A stretch of DNA of 64,000 nucleotides from Lepidodermella squamata (GCA_047495785.1 JBLDXI010000015.1:1674001-1738000); one strand, 5' to 3'; shown: positions 23,165-35,852, counted from the first letter of the stretch. A program made the numbers and translations. The notes: generated by a model not told the origin, from the letters alone.

Positions 23165-24208
23165 TCACTCGACTTTATTCGAGCTGCTGTCGTTATGAAC
23201 ATAGGTCTCGTTTCCTTCCCGTCCAGATTTCTTGTTGCCCCAGATTTTCGCGACCTCTTCTTTCGAACCTGCGTACTCTCCCAGCAGCCAGTCCATCGGA
23301 AAATGAGCGGCCCCATAATTGCAGTCGAAATGCAAATGATGCAGGGTGTGATAATAATCGCCAGACCCTGGGTAGAGATGTCCGTCATGCCCTATCCAAG
23401 CACCCATTGCACAATCGACAATAACGGCAAGCGGGAGGGCAGGATGAACCCCAAGTGGAATGCACATCAAGGCAGCGCTGTAGTACAGAGTCGACTCAAC
23501 TGGGTGCATATTAGTCCCAGAAAACGCAGTGATGTTGTAAGACTTGTGATGTAGAGAGTGAACAGATTTGTACAGAAATTTCCCGACATCCGGGATACGG
23601 TCCGTTTTCCATGGATGCATGACCCTGTGGATGGCCCAGAAGTGGACAACCCTCCAATGAGTCAACGTCAAAACGAGAATCACGTGAAGAAGCGGCTTCT
23701 CCATCACAGATCTTACCATAGGAAACGCTCCGATTGAATAGCCATGACAAATGCCGATTTCAACGCAAGCTGCGAAAACTGATGAAAGAGTTGTGTAGAA
23801 CATGTCGTGCTTCATCTGTGCGAATGACGGGTACTTCTGAACAATCTTGAAGTTGAACAGCTTTTCTCGGAGGGGGCCAAAGTAGAGCCAATAATCCCAG
23901 AATCCGCAGATGAGCCATGTTCCGATCAAGTTTCGAGCGACAATAGGCCACATCCACGATAGTTCGAAGGTCGCCCCACGACCAAAAGCAGGGTAGTTTT
24001 TGCCCTCATAGAAGTCGTAAATTAGGCTGAAGGCGATTAGAAAAGACCGGATCGCGGCTCCAGCGGCTGATATGTGACCTCGTGCATTTAGAACAGGAGT
24101 TGCCTGCAGGACAGGTCGAAGCTCGGATCCTTTGAGCCTCAGTGTGCTGATGATGTGAGGGATTGGCCACAGCAGAGGCGTCACGAAAGAAGACAGCAAT
24201 TCGGCCAT
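23165..24208 (-). CDS. Fatty acid hydroxylase / sterol desaturase superfamily membrane oxidase, intronless
   Basis: His boxes HFWAIHRVMH, HSLHH, GHDG and YHTLHH..NYG; start uncertain because the ORF stays open further upstream. Confidence 0.85.
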   Translation of the reverse strand: MAELLSSFVTPLLWPIPHIISTLRLKGSELRPVLQATPVLNARGHISAAGAAIRSFLIAFSLIYDFYEGKNYPAFGRGATFELSWMWPIVARNLIGTWLICGFWDYWLYFGPLREKLFNFKIVQKYPSFAQMKHDMFYTTLSSVFAACVEIGICHGYSIGAFPMVRSVMEKPLLHVILVLTLTHWRVVHFWAIHRVMHPWKTDRIPDVGKFLYKSVHSLHHKSYNITAFSGTNMHPVESTLYYSAALMCIPLGVHPALPLAVIVDCAMGAWIGHDGHLYPGSGDYYHTLHHLHFDCNYGAAHFPMDWLLGEYAGSKEEVAKIWGNKKSGREGNETYVHNDSSSNKVE

Positions 24209-26462
24209 AGCAGTTGCGTTGGAGTGGTAGAGTGGTAAAGGCTTATCTGATGAGCTGAGCAGTGGGACCCAAAAAAGCATGAGATACGATAAGTTTATCT
24301 GTTTCAAGCGACTCGAGCTGATAGCATTTGTTGCGAAACAAGCAATGTTGCAGCTAGTGTCTGTTTTCTTCCCGGTTTTTCTAGGATATTGCCGACGAGA
24401 AAAGGCTGGACCGGACTTGAAACAACATTTCGCGTAATTTTCAGGAAACAGCATCGAGAAAGCGTAGACACCGAAGTTTTCGCGCACTTCGGGTGCACCG
24501 AACAAAAAAAAGCCCACAAACTTCAGTTTGGCGAGCCCCACAACTCAAGCAGTTTGAATTTCGAAATCCTTAAAGTTTGATATTAAAATGCCATAATTGA
24601 GGTTCGGGAAGACAATCGGTTCATTGGTTGTTGCTATGATGCTCTTTTTGCACGTCGATTGACTGCTTCAATGGAATAGCCTTTCCAGCTTCGGGTTACT
24701 TCAAAGTGAAACCAGCGAACTCGATTAAAAGCCAAAAGCCGAAAGCCAAGAGTGTTTTCGAGTTTCGAGCTGCTGCACGGTTTTCAAAAGAATAAGTGGC
24801 CTCATAATACTGTCGATTAAATGAGAATTTCATTAGCCGCAAAGGCATAAGAAAATGATATTCATATCTCAGATTGATTGTGTGGTGAAATATTATATAA
24901 TATACGGGTGTTTGTCGTAGGTAGTTATCACGATGGCCTGAAGACCAGCTATTCACGCCCAGAGACAAAGCCAAAGGATTGTAGAGCGGGCTGAAGGCTG
25001 AATATCCCTGATGGATTATTCAACAATTAATACTCGAATTTTTTAAGCAGCTATTTTTCGAAATCAGCTTTTTCACTGTTAAATTTTGAAGCCCAATTTC
25101 TCATGCACTCTCTCCCCCACCGGGCTCTGACTTACTTTAACCCTTTCATGGCGCAATTATTTATCTGCGGGTAAAACATAATATTAGAAAGTCTTTTGTT
25201 TTTCCTCTACATTCAATTTAAAAAACGCCGCTTTTCACTTGTCACCAGTTTTGTATTTCTACAATTTATTTTTCCGGGATTGAGCAGGCGATTGATGTGA
25301 GAGACTGCAGGCCCATGGCATCCTTGTCGACCAGAGCTGGACTTCGAAATCGAGTAATCCGACATCGAGGTCAGATCGAGCTGCGATGTGGTCGGAGTTC
25401 AGTCATAATGCGTTCAAACGCATTTTTTCAAACATAGGAATAAAAATTACCGCATAGTGGAACGTTTTGCCGCTTAGTGTACTGTATATTTTTGGAAAAA
25501 AACCGAAAACTACGATCAGGGTTATACCAGAATGAACTCGCATAGCATAATCTAGTTGCTGCTCATGTGTTTTTTCGGTGGTGTCAGGTAAAATAACCTG
25601 AATTAATACAACTTTTTCCTATTTTATTTCCTCTTTTATTAACGCTAAAACCACCTGAGTGACGATTGCGAGGTCATTAATACCACTCTCGGTGGATCAT
25701 ACATTTTTTCAGGTAGATGAGGCGAGGCAGATAGAAATCATTGAACTAGCGTTAGCGTACTGTACTAAAAAAGTTAATGTTGCGCACTCAACAACTGAAC
25801 TAATTTTTCCCTGAGCGCCGGTAATAAAAATCACCTGACAAAAATAAAATTGCAGAAAACACAGGCAAGGCTATAAAGGAATCAGTCGCTCAATCGCTGC
25901 ATGTCCTAAATTAACCTCTCGCTCGCTTTGAAATGTACACCCCCCTGCGCTGGTGCTGGGTGCGCGCTTTGCGAAAAAATCATTGAGGCATATCGTTCAA
26001 ACTCTTACAAATTTTCTATGTTCTCAGTTTAAATGGTATAATTTCCGTTCCGTGATATGGACGTGGACTAGGCAAACCGGGTAATAGGTAATTGGTTTTG
26101 GGCCCCCGTATTTCGCAACAACCTCGAAGGGTTTCTCGCAGATCGAAATGAGCTCGGAACGATTGGAGGCACCTTACGCGCCTGGGACTTCTTCGCTAAT
26201 ATTTTTAACATCCTAAGAGACTCTTACGGCGACAAACCTTCAACGAGTTTAATTACAATGGTATCAATTCAGTTTCGTTTTTGAAATGAAATAATGTTCC
26301 TCGCAAGCTATTTTATAGGCAACAATATTGGGAAAATAGGATCAGCCTCCTACTAAGAAATGATAAGAAATTAGTGGTCACTTACTTTCTTGTGGATGCT
26401 TATGACCAGTTGCGGTACTATACCTTCTCTCAAGTTTATTTCTTAGCGTCTAGGTCAGTATA

Positions 26463-28317
26463 ATGAATGGAAGTCTCCACCGAATACTGTCGTGGTTGTT
26501 AGGCTCAATCTTGATGATCTGCATCCTTATTTTGATCACCCGGCTTCAAGAAGCAAGAATATCATCGACAGTCTCATCCTCTCATATGAATGTCTACGAT
26601 GGCAACAGCATGGCCAAGAAATCGTTCAAACGAATAGTCGACGCCAGGTCTAAAGCAATGCCCATGTTGCGGGAGGTTTGGAAGATATGCTCGGATGTCA
26701 TTTTTCGATTGGAAGAGCAACACAGTATCTCGCATTGTCTTTACAAAGAATCTTTGTTGGGTTATCTACGACACAACAAGCAAATTATGCCGTAAGAAAC
26801 TATATACCGCAATTAACAGTATTGACATATATCCTCTCTATTCAGCTGGCATCAAACTATAAAAGTTGCGCTGTTCAATCATAACTTGACAACCGTTAGA
26901 AAATTTGAAAGCATCGTAAGCTACTTCGAACGCACTTCAAGAAACTTGGATGGATACACCAGCCATTACGACTCAGAAACCCGCATAATTAGATTTTTTG
27001 GCACGCTGCCGAAAAATTCCGAACCAATCGAAGGCGTCAAGTGGCGCTGGCCTTGTGTCGAAATTCAGATTTTCGAGGATCGCTACACCGAATCTGGTCA
27101 TTTGAGTGAGATTGTGAACCCTTCTAGGCCAGAGGATTGGGTATGGCCAGTTCACTCTAAAAATTAACGATTAATGTTAACCATTTACCATATATTCATC
27201 TAGTACCCTTCAGCTTTAATCTTCCCGCTTGAAGAGGTGGTTTTCGAAGGTTCACGAGCTAAAGTCCCAAAACAACTTATGGACGTGGTAGCTCTCGACG
27301 TTAATCCAAAATGGTGTGATGCAAGAGTATTTCGTTCGAAAAGCGATTCTACAATTATGAAAGATGCTCTCGTGCAATGCGAGGAAATCGAGGACTTTGT
27401 GGAATTCAGCCTTGATTTCAATGATGTGGACCGGTACTACAAAACACGGGCTAATCGTTCATGCGATAAGCACACCGCCGATCCAGCTCTGTGTTTCTTC
27501 GAGCCTCAGGTAACGGAGATGCAGAAGAGCGAAATTGTCAGGCTTTTCCGAGCTTGCTACGAGGCCGTTAAAAGCATTGAAGAGGAGGCAGATCATATTC
27601 TATATTCTGGATCTTTGATCGGCTACTGGCGACACGGTGGCCACATGATCCCGTAAACTGCTTACTTCTTCATTAATTTTTCAATGTTTTGCTAATTAAT
27701 TTATAGGTGGGACGACGATCACGACATAGCAGTTATACCGCGATCGAACCCAGCGAAACCAGCCGATTTCTACGCAAATAAAATGATTGATGCAATAAAA
27801 ATATATGGTGGGAAATACGCAATGTATTTCGATAGGAGACAAATGAAGATGAAGTGCTATTTGAATGACGAGAATTCACAAGCTGCTCCTGCCAGACCTT
27901 CCTTCCGCATTCCGTGGCGATGGCCGTTTGTCGATATCAACATCATGGAGACACAATTTTCCAAACGGACTGGCAAGCTGTATAGGGTGAAAGAAGGAGC
28001 AGCTCATCCTCAATTCAACGTCTGTTTTGTCACCAAAAGCTGTCGCAATGAAACATATTTTCTGTCACTAATTTCAGTATTTGGCCAAATGGATCTTCCC
28101 GACGGGGAAAGCGATTTTTGAAGGCGTGGAAGTAAACATTCCGCATGATATAGAATCATTTTTGGACCGGACCTATACAATTGAAGAATGTGTGGCGCCT
28201 TACTACAACCACCGCACTGAAATGAGAGTTGACTATGGAGATCTCGATGATAACAAGGGACATCTCAGTAGACCGTGTTCTGAACTATTCCACTTGTATA
28301 ATTTTACGAATATCTAG
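26463..28317 (+). CDS. LicD/fukutin-family type II membrane phosphotransferase with two tandem LicD-like domains, 5 exons
   Basis: N-terminal TM; domain 1 KESLLGYLRHNKQIMPWHQT (no DxD); domain 2 GSLIGYWRHGGHMIPWDDDHD; WPFVDI; FEGVEVNIP. Confidence 0.9.
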
Positions 28318-28566
28318 AATATTGCAATATAGGCCGATTCGAAACAATAACAATATAGAATGAAATATGTACCTGAGAGTCAATCATATTGAAGAGACAT
28401 TCTGTGACTTTCGAACCGCGGGAAGTTTTATTAAATACTCGGAATGCTTCTGGCTATATAGTATAAAGAGGATGTATTTTTTCATATACGAATCTGTTTA
28501 TTGTTTGAAAGGCTGAACATATGGCTGGCAAATGGCTTCCATTATGTCTATTCGATGATCGCAAGC

Positions 28567-28640
28567 GCCTCCTTGGCTCAGTTGGCTAGAGCGCCAGTCT
28601 CATAATCTGGAGGTCGTGAGTTCGATCCTCACAGGGGGCA
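28567..28640 (+). tRNA. tRNA-Met(CAT)
   Basis: Intact copy. Confidence 0.95.
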
Positions 28641-28709
28641 GCTTCAACTTTTTGACAATGGGATGCTAATATTTAAAACGAGTCACATCTCAATTAGGTT
28701 CCATCATCC

Positions 28710-28770
28710 TCCCTGATGGTCTAGTGGTTAGGATTCCGCGGCGGCCCGGGTTTGATTCCCGGTCAAGGAA
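28710..28770 (+). pseudogene. tRNA-Glu(CTC) with anticodon loop deleted
   Basis: 11-nt deletion between CCGCG direct repeats; T-loop TTTGA. Confidence 0.9.
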
Positions 28771-28835
28771 CTTTTATTACTGCGATCCAAACAATGTATT
28801 CCTTATAGTTTGGTACCAGAGCCATCTGATACCCA

Positions 28836-28909
28836 GGTGCCGTTGTGTAGTGGTTCATCACGTCTGCTTTACACGCAGAAGGTCGCGGGTTCGAACCCCG
28901 CCGGAACCT
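28836..28909 (+). tRNA. tRNA-Val(TAC), acceptor mismatch, Val(CAC)-type 5' flank
   Basis: GGTGCCG start, loop TTTACAC, preceded by atacccag as at 44981. Confidence 0.85.
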
Positions 28910-29104
28910 AGAGATTGATTCGGCTGTGGCGGCAAAGTGGCAAAACCTCGTAGGTGCGAGCTAAAACATAAATGCTGCTATAATGGAAAGTGGGATCAGA
29001 AAATTGCCGCGGTCAATCTCCGGCACTAGCGAATCGGCTAGTGATACAAGTTAAACATTTCGGATTTGACGGATGAATCGTCACAGCTAATTCAAAAATG
29101 TAAT

Positions 29105-29186
29105 CGCTGCCAGTAGGATTTGAACCTACGCGCGGGGACCGCATCTGATTTCAAGTCAGACCCCTTAACCACTCGGGCATAGCAGC
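29105..29186 (-). tRNA. tRNA-Ser(TGA)
   Basis: Intact, one variable-arm change. Confidence 0.93.
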
Positions 29187-29347
29187 TTCGTGAACATTGC
29201 AGTATCAAACGAAATATTGATTCAATTTCGCTGCTTTCACATGCATTATACTCGCGGAGAAATAATTAGATGAATTGTTGTCAAACAGAGGAACTTGAAA
29301 TAATTCACCTTCAACGGGACGCCTTTTGCTATTTGCTGTTTCAAGCC

Positions 29348-29419
29348 GGCCCAGTGGCCTAATGGTAAGGCGTCGGCCTCCGGAGCCGGAGATTGTGGGT
29401 TCGAGTCCCATCTGGGTCG
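29348..29419 (+). tRNA. tRNA-Arg(CCG)
   Basis: Intact cloverleaf. Confidence 0.95.
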
Positions 29420-29488
29420 CTACATTTTTTTACCTCATGAACATATTGGCTCTACTTCGAAGATCAATGATTGACTCAGCTATCAGCC

Positions 29489-29567
29489 GGCTCAGTAGCT
29501 TAGTGCTTATTGGTAGAGCACCTGTCTTGTAAACAGAAGGTCACGGGTTCGATCCCCGTCTAGGCCT
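29489..29567 (+). pseudogene. tRNA-Thr(TGT) with 7-nt D-arm duplication
   Basis: AGCTTAGT-GCTTATT-GGTAGAGC; additional mismatches. Confidence 0.8.
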
Positions 29568-30386
29568 CGACTTCTCTTTTCCCTCAATCATTAGATGCTC
29601 AATTAGAAGATGAGAATGGGACCTGGAGTAACCACAAGCACAAGCAATTTGTTATCATCACGAAGAATTCGAAATTTTCGAGAATGAGTATAGTTATTCT
29701 TCCATGGCAAACGTTCATCGTAATAAAACGATCAAATGTTTCAAATGTATTAAAAGATTACAAGAGTAGCTGAAATCATAACTGGAATAACCAGCTTCTT
29801 GATAATTATCGGTCATTTCGGTTAAACATTTCAACCATAAAATTGCTGAATTATTAAAGGTTGATAGTGGCGCCTAATTTCAAACCAGTTTCCGCGAGCC
29901 AATACGCGTTTTTGTTTGATGAACACTTTCCTGGAAAAAATGAACTGGGAAGGAAATGGCGCAATTAGTGTATCAATCAATTTTAACAAAATTCAGCTCT
30001 TACAATTTATTACAAAGTGAGATTGTCCGGGTAGCACCCCAGTTTACTCACTTTGATTTAATTATTCTATAAGGTAAATCTGCCCGCATTGTACAAACAA
30101 AGACGCTGCTGGTATGGAGGATTGAAATTATTGGTTTCCTGGCACAGTCATTGTTCGCGGAAATATCAATAATAAATCAGTGTCATTCATGTAGCTTTTT
30201 ACATAGGCTATTTAACCAATATCGATCTGCTTCAATTCCTAACTCACACAGAGAGTATATGTTCAAACAAAAAATCCTGATAGTCCTAGTTATAGTGGGA
30301 ATATAGAGAGCAGACATGTCTGGGTAACTGGGGGCTGCTTTGAAACAATCTCACGTTTCAGGCTCTAACCGAGACTGGGCATTGCA

Positions 30387-31646
30387 ATGCTGGGATTTAT
30401 CGTGCTACAATTTTTAGCTTATTCGGCAGCCTTAGAACGATTATCCCACCCGCCGGTGTTAATCACTCAACAGGACCTCATCGATTACTGCGGCCTATCT
30501 ACAGAGGTTCCGAATGCGAAACGAATTTTTAACAAAACCTCGACTGAGTCTCAATCAGTGAGTGTTGAATTCATTCTGGACCGGTTCATTGGCATCGATG
30601 ATCGAAGTGAGACTTTCACGGTGACTGGAAATCTGCACTTTCGGTGGAACGATACTTGTTACTCGGAAGATTTCTACTCACTCAACAATGCTACAGCAGG
30701 CAGCGTAGAAAGCGGCACACGGATTTTTGCGAAGAATTGGGAAGACATGTTCCACCCTCGCATTAGGTTGAGAAACAGTATCAAAGACACAGGTAAGCTC
30801 AAGACATGTAAATTTCCTAATTTTAGTTATTCTCGCAGCCATGGTTACTGATTTCAACATATACTTGACGCTAACTAGCTACAACCAAGAACCGCCGCGT
30901 CAAGTTCTTATCAGTAATGTCTGGACTTTTTACGGAAGATTTGAAACAACATGTAGTCTTGTTCTTACTGAATTCCCATTCGACACGCAGCATTGCAGGA
31001 TCGAGTTTATCAGCCACAGTAACCTGGTCAATTTCACCGAAGCGATTCTTCAAGTGGGATTCATGGGCGATGAGGTATTTCATCAATTTCTGACCTCGCC
31101 GGAAATACAAATGAATGTTTTTTCTAGCCTGTTAGCGCGAACCTAGCTTGGTCATTGCAAGGATCATCTTGTGGAGTAATTCACTCTAGTGCCGACCCTC
31201 CTTCACCAACCCTGGCTCTTTTTGAATTCGACGCAAAACGCCGGCCATCTTACTATGTTTACAACATGTTGCTTCCATGCTTTGTTCTGACAATCCTAAA
31301 TATGCTATCATTTTTCCTACCTGCTAAAATAGTGGATAGGTCGACGTATTCCATGACAGTGTTGTTAGCCTTAGTCTTCATGCTAAGCCTAGTTCTAGCT
31401 AACATCCCAATGACTCCCCAACGTATTTTTCTGACGTATTACATACTGATCGAATGTTTGCTTAGCACGGTGTGTACTGTTGAGAGTCTATTGTTGTGTT
31501 TCTTTGTTCGAGGAAGCAAATTACGTGCTAACCAGAAGTATTTCTTGGCTATTCCACTCCACCGATTCATCGATATTGTTTTCTTTTTAATGATCTTCGC
31601 TGTTTTCGCTGCAGTAAACATTCAGGCATTAATTTTAGCTGCCTAA
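30387..31646 (+). CDS. Orphan Cys-loop ligand-gated ion channel, paralog 1 (3 exons)
   Basis: Signal peptide; Cys-loop CSLVLTEFPFDTQHC; KRRPSYYVYNMLLP; M2 DRSTYSMTVLLAL; very short M3-M4 loop. Confidence 0.9.
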
Positions 31647-32017
31647 AGGCGGCGAGGCGAGACGACCAAGTCTCCATTAGACACTATTTTTCAGAACTGC
31701 AATCAATGACATTTTTGTTCGGTCAAGGTCGTCCGTGAAATCTTCGAATGTTATATAAATAACAGAAGGTTTTTTCCGCAGAAAGTAAATAAAAACTGAA
31801 ATAATTACTTCCCCTCGTATTCTGAGCTGACAATCTAGGATGTATCGATTCCTCTTTCAGCAGCTTCCTATACCGCGAAAAATCTGGAAGGAAAACTTGT
31901 TAGCGAGGAGAAATCCATCGTATTTGGTTTTAATTATTTCTTTTCTTGTTGTAAACTCGTTTCGCAGATGGTAGGAAAACGTTTGAAGTTGAAGTTGAAT
32001 TTAGTCTTTTCTGGGTG

Positions 32018-33320
32018 ATGTTTCATTTGTTAGCATTATGTACCCTGTTTATCGCGCGACCAGCAGCTTCAGCAGTAAGTAGCTTAATGGAGGAGCGATT
32101 GACCCGCCGCCCTGTTCTAATGACATCAGACGATCTGATCTACTACTGCGGGCTGACAACCGAAGTTCCTAACTCGATGCAAATATTTCATAAAACCTCG
32201 ACATTAGCCCAATCTATCCGTGTCGATTTCGTATTGGATAGATTCCTCGGTATCGACGATCGAACTGAAACGTTCACGATTAACGGAAATATGATTTTCA
32301 AGTGGAATGACACTTGCTACTCCGAAGACTTCTATCGTCTGAATAATTTCACATCCGGAGGATTGGCAACTGGGACTAAGGTATTCGCGAAAAATTGGCA
32401 GGAAATGTCGCACCCAAGAATAAGACTTAGAAACAGTGTCAAAGATTCAGGTATAGAAGAACAGAAACCCTATTGAATATTATGCTTGTAAAATCGGTAT
32501 GTTCAGCTATGGTGTCTGACTTCAACATCTATCTGATGATGACAAGCATCAATCAGAAGCCGCCAGATGAAGTTTTCATTCAGAATACTTGGACCTTGTA
32601 TGGCCGGTTCGAAACGACCTGTAAATTATCTTTAAGTGACTTTCCTTTCGATACTCAAAGTTGCACACTGGAGATAATAAGCAACAGCTTCTACATCAAC
32701 GCGACTGAAGCTTCAATAACCATCGGTTTCATGGACACTCACGTAAGGTTAACTAGCATTTGCGTTGAAACGCCTGATATAATCTTCCTGAGCAGCCTGT
32801 AAGTGAGAATTCAGCTTGGACTATGAAAGGCTCGTCATACAGCTTGGTGCCATCTCGTACGAATCCACCCACGCCAACTCAGGCGATTTTCCAGCTAGAT
32901 TTCAAGCGAAGGCCATCATACTACGTCTACAACATGCTGATACCGAGTTCCGTTCTAACGATTCTTAACTTGTTGTGCTTCTTGCTACCAGCTGAAGAGG
33001 TCGATCGAACTCATTATTTGATGGCCGTTTTGTTATCTCTGGTTTTCCTCTTGAGTCTCGTGCTAGCTAATATTCCGATGACACCCCAGCGTATTTTTCT
33101 CACTTACTACATCTTGATTGCGTGTCTACTGTGTACCTTTTGCATTGTTGAAACTGTAATTTTGTGCTTTTTCGCCGTGAATTACCCAAAAACGGCGAAG
33201 AAGTTGATTTTCGGCTCTATTCCGCTTCACCACGCTGTAGATGCTGTATGCTTTTGTCTAATTTTCACCGTGTTCATCGTCATCAACTTTCAAACATTGC
33301 AACTGGCGATGCAAGAATGA
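32018..33320 (+). CDS. Orphan Cys-loop ligand-gated ion channel, paralog 2
   Basis: CKLSLSDFPFDTQSC; M2 DRTHYLMAVLLSL; same intron positions as paralog 1. Confidence 0.9.
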
Positions 33321-33745
33321 ATCAGAGCACAAGGATAACATTATGAGCTATGTATATGAACATTATGTTTTTTCTACTCTATCTCCCTGAACTGCTTACA
33401 TCCAATACAAGGTGTCCATAAGTTACGCAACTACATATAAAATCGTTAACTTTGTGCAGCGAATGGTGGTATTTTTTTACAAAATCAAATTCAATCAAAA
33501 CCCGTAAAGGCCAGATTCATCGTTCGGGAGTACGAGGCTAAGGGACGCTGCAAATGAGGTTTGACGCCATGATTCACAAGCACCAGCTGTTGGATTTCTC
33601 AAAACGCATACTAATTCAATCTGGCCCCTTTTCTCTCTATTTGGTTATGAACACGAATAAGATGCCAGCTTTATTTCTAAGTTGGGAATTTGCTAAGCAC
33701 AGTAAATCGCATTAACTTCCATCACATAACTTTTCCTGAATTGAA

Positions 33746-34800
33746 ATGTCCAATGGTCATAAGAAAATTATCTCTGTCATTGGGGCGACTGGTCAACAGG
33801 TGAATATCCTCAATTATTGCATATTATTCAATTCTCATTTTTTCTTGAAGGGAGGAGGCGTTGTTCGGGCTATTCTGGAGGATCCGGATAGTGAATTCAG
33901 AGCTCGAGCTTTAAGTCGAGATCCCAACTCTACTGCATCCATGGCCTTGGCTGAAAATGGGGTTGAAGTGGTCCAAGTCGATGTGAATCATGAAGATGCC
34001 CTCGCTGAGGCTATCAAAGGCTCGTATGGACTGTTTTGCGTCTCGTTCATCGACTGGGAAGACCCGGAGAAGGAAATTACTCAAATTCAATCAATGGCCA
34101 ATGCTGCGAGGTATGAATTCACGTTCCGTCAAGAGTTTATCAGGAAAATTTAGACAAATTGATTTCTAGGAAAGCTGGAATTAACCATGTTGTCTGGTCC
34201 ACCCTGGATGATACCTCTAAATTCCTCCCACTGAGTGATGACCGCATGCCGACGCTATACGGAAAATACAAGGTGCCTCTTTACGAAACAAAAGCCTCGT
34301 GCGATCCTCTGTTCTCAGACCTGCCGGTGAGCTACTTGGTGACATCGTGTTTTTGGGATAATTTCTACAACGGCAATTTCCCGATTCATCGCGACGCGGA
34401 TGGAAAATTAGTATCATCAATGCCTTTGGGAAAGGCCAGAATCCCTGGTATAGCTGTCGACGATATCGGCCGATGTGCCTATGAAATCTTTAAAGACCTA
34501 TCCTGGATTGGAAAGCGGATCGCGATTGCAAGTGAATTTATGACGTTTCCTGAGCATCTTGAGAAAATGTCAAAATTTATCGGGGAAGAAATAGCTTATC
34601 GCCCAGTTCCGTTTGACGATTTTCGAAACTACCCGTTTCCCGGCGCGGCTGATTTGGGGAATATGTTCCAGGTATGGCATGATTTCGCGGATGAAATCGG
34701 TGCGATTCGAGATCTGGAAGGATCGCGGAAGCTGAACCTTAAAATGATGAATTTTCAGCAATTTCTGGAGAAATACGGCAAAATTATCGAAATTCAATAG
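33746..34800 (+). CDS. NmrA/HSCARG-like NAD(P)-binding protein (3 exons)
   Basis: VIGATGQQ|GGGVVRA Rossmann motif; RALSRDP; IAVDDIG; FPGAADLGNMF. Confidence 0.9.
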
Positions 34801-35243
34801 AGAACAAACATTCGCTGCTGGTTAACGACCGGAAGGATTCTCGATTTGAATCAAAATTGAAAAATAATTTGTGATGATCGCTCAACATTTCTATTGAACT
34901 ATATCAGGAGAACTAAAATAAAGTACCGTCATTGTACAGAACGTTAATTCGGTTACTAAAGGGCTGTTCTCTGTTCTATGACATGTTGATGTCTGGCGTA
35001 AAATGAGGGCCGCTCAAAAGCTAACCACGATAAACCGATTCACTAAGTTTCAGGTCATTTTGTAGTTGACACAAGACACAAGACCGTGGTCGATGTGTAT
35101 TTAGTGGATTCGACTGAAACGTACCATAGAGCAGGAAAAGGCACTTTCGACCTTCGTGATGACTAGCTAACAATCTGTTGGCGAACCAATCATCTTTGAA
35201 AGTTTGACGGAATTATCGCAACTATTCAAGCAAAACATTTAGT

Positions 35244-35325
35244 CGCTGCCAGTAGGATTTGAACCTACGCGCGGAGACCGCATCTGATTTCAAGTCAGAC
35301 CCCTTAACCACTCGGGCATAGCAGC
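35244..35325 (-). tRNA. tRNA-Ser(TGA)
   Basis: Intact. Confidence 0.95.
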
Positions 35326-35486
35326 TTCGTGAACCTTACGACAGAAGATGACATCTTGATAGGATTCCATGTCTTTCTCAAGTTGCCTTTACAGAGCAAA
35401 AATATATTATCGATTTGTTGGAATGCTCTCAGGCAGGAAAAGTCGTGGTCTCCTAGTAATTGCAGAGATGATCGACCTTTCATCTC

Positions 35487-35558
35487 GGCCTAGTGGCCTA
35501 ATGGTAAGGCTTCGGCCTCCGGAGCCGGAGATTGTGGGTTCGAGTCCCATCTGGGTCG
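35487..35558 (+). tRNA. tRNA-Arg(CCG)
   Basis: Intact, G26>T. Confidence 0.9.
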
Positions 35559-35627
35559 CTAACTTTTTTGTCATCGTAAAAACACTTGATATCCTTCGAA
35601 AATAAACAATTAACTCAGCTATCAGCC

Positions 35628-35699
35628 GGCTCAGTAGCTTAGTGGTAGAGCATCTGTCTTGTAAACAGAAGGTCGCGGGTTCGATCCCCGTCTGGGCCT
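35628..35699 (+). tRNA. tRNA-Thr(TGT)
   Basis: GGCTCAG..CTGGGCCT, loop CTTGTAA. Confidence 0.95.
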
Positions 35700-35778
35700 C
35701 GGCTTCTCTTTTTCCCCTAGCGTCAACCATTCGGCGTTCAATTAGGAAAAGAGGATAAGATCCAGGGTGAACACAAGC

Positions 35779-35852
35779 GCCTCCTTGGCTCAGTTGGCTA
35801 GAGCGCCAGTCTCATAATCTGGAGGTCGTGAGTTCGATCCTCACAGGGGGCA
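35779..35852 (+). tRNA. tRNA-Met(CAT)
   Basis: Intact. Confidence 0.95.

Noticed and set aside
24209-24541. N-terminal extension of the 458-aa desaturase ORF
   Set aside because: Starts at a non-ATG codon and does not look protein-like; the real start is more likely MAELLSS
25560-25850. Scattered TCAGGT/ACCTGA inverted motifs
   Set aside because: Too short and irregular to define TIRs or an array
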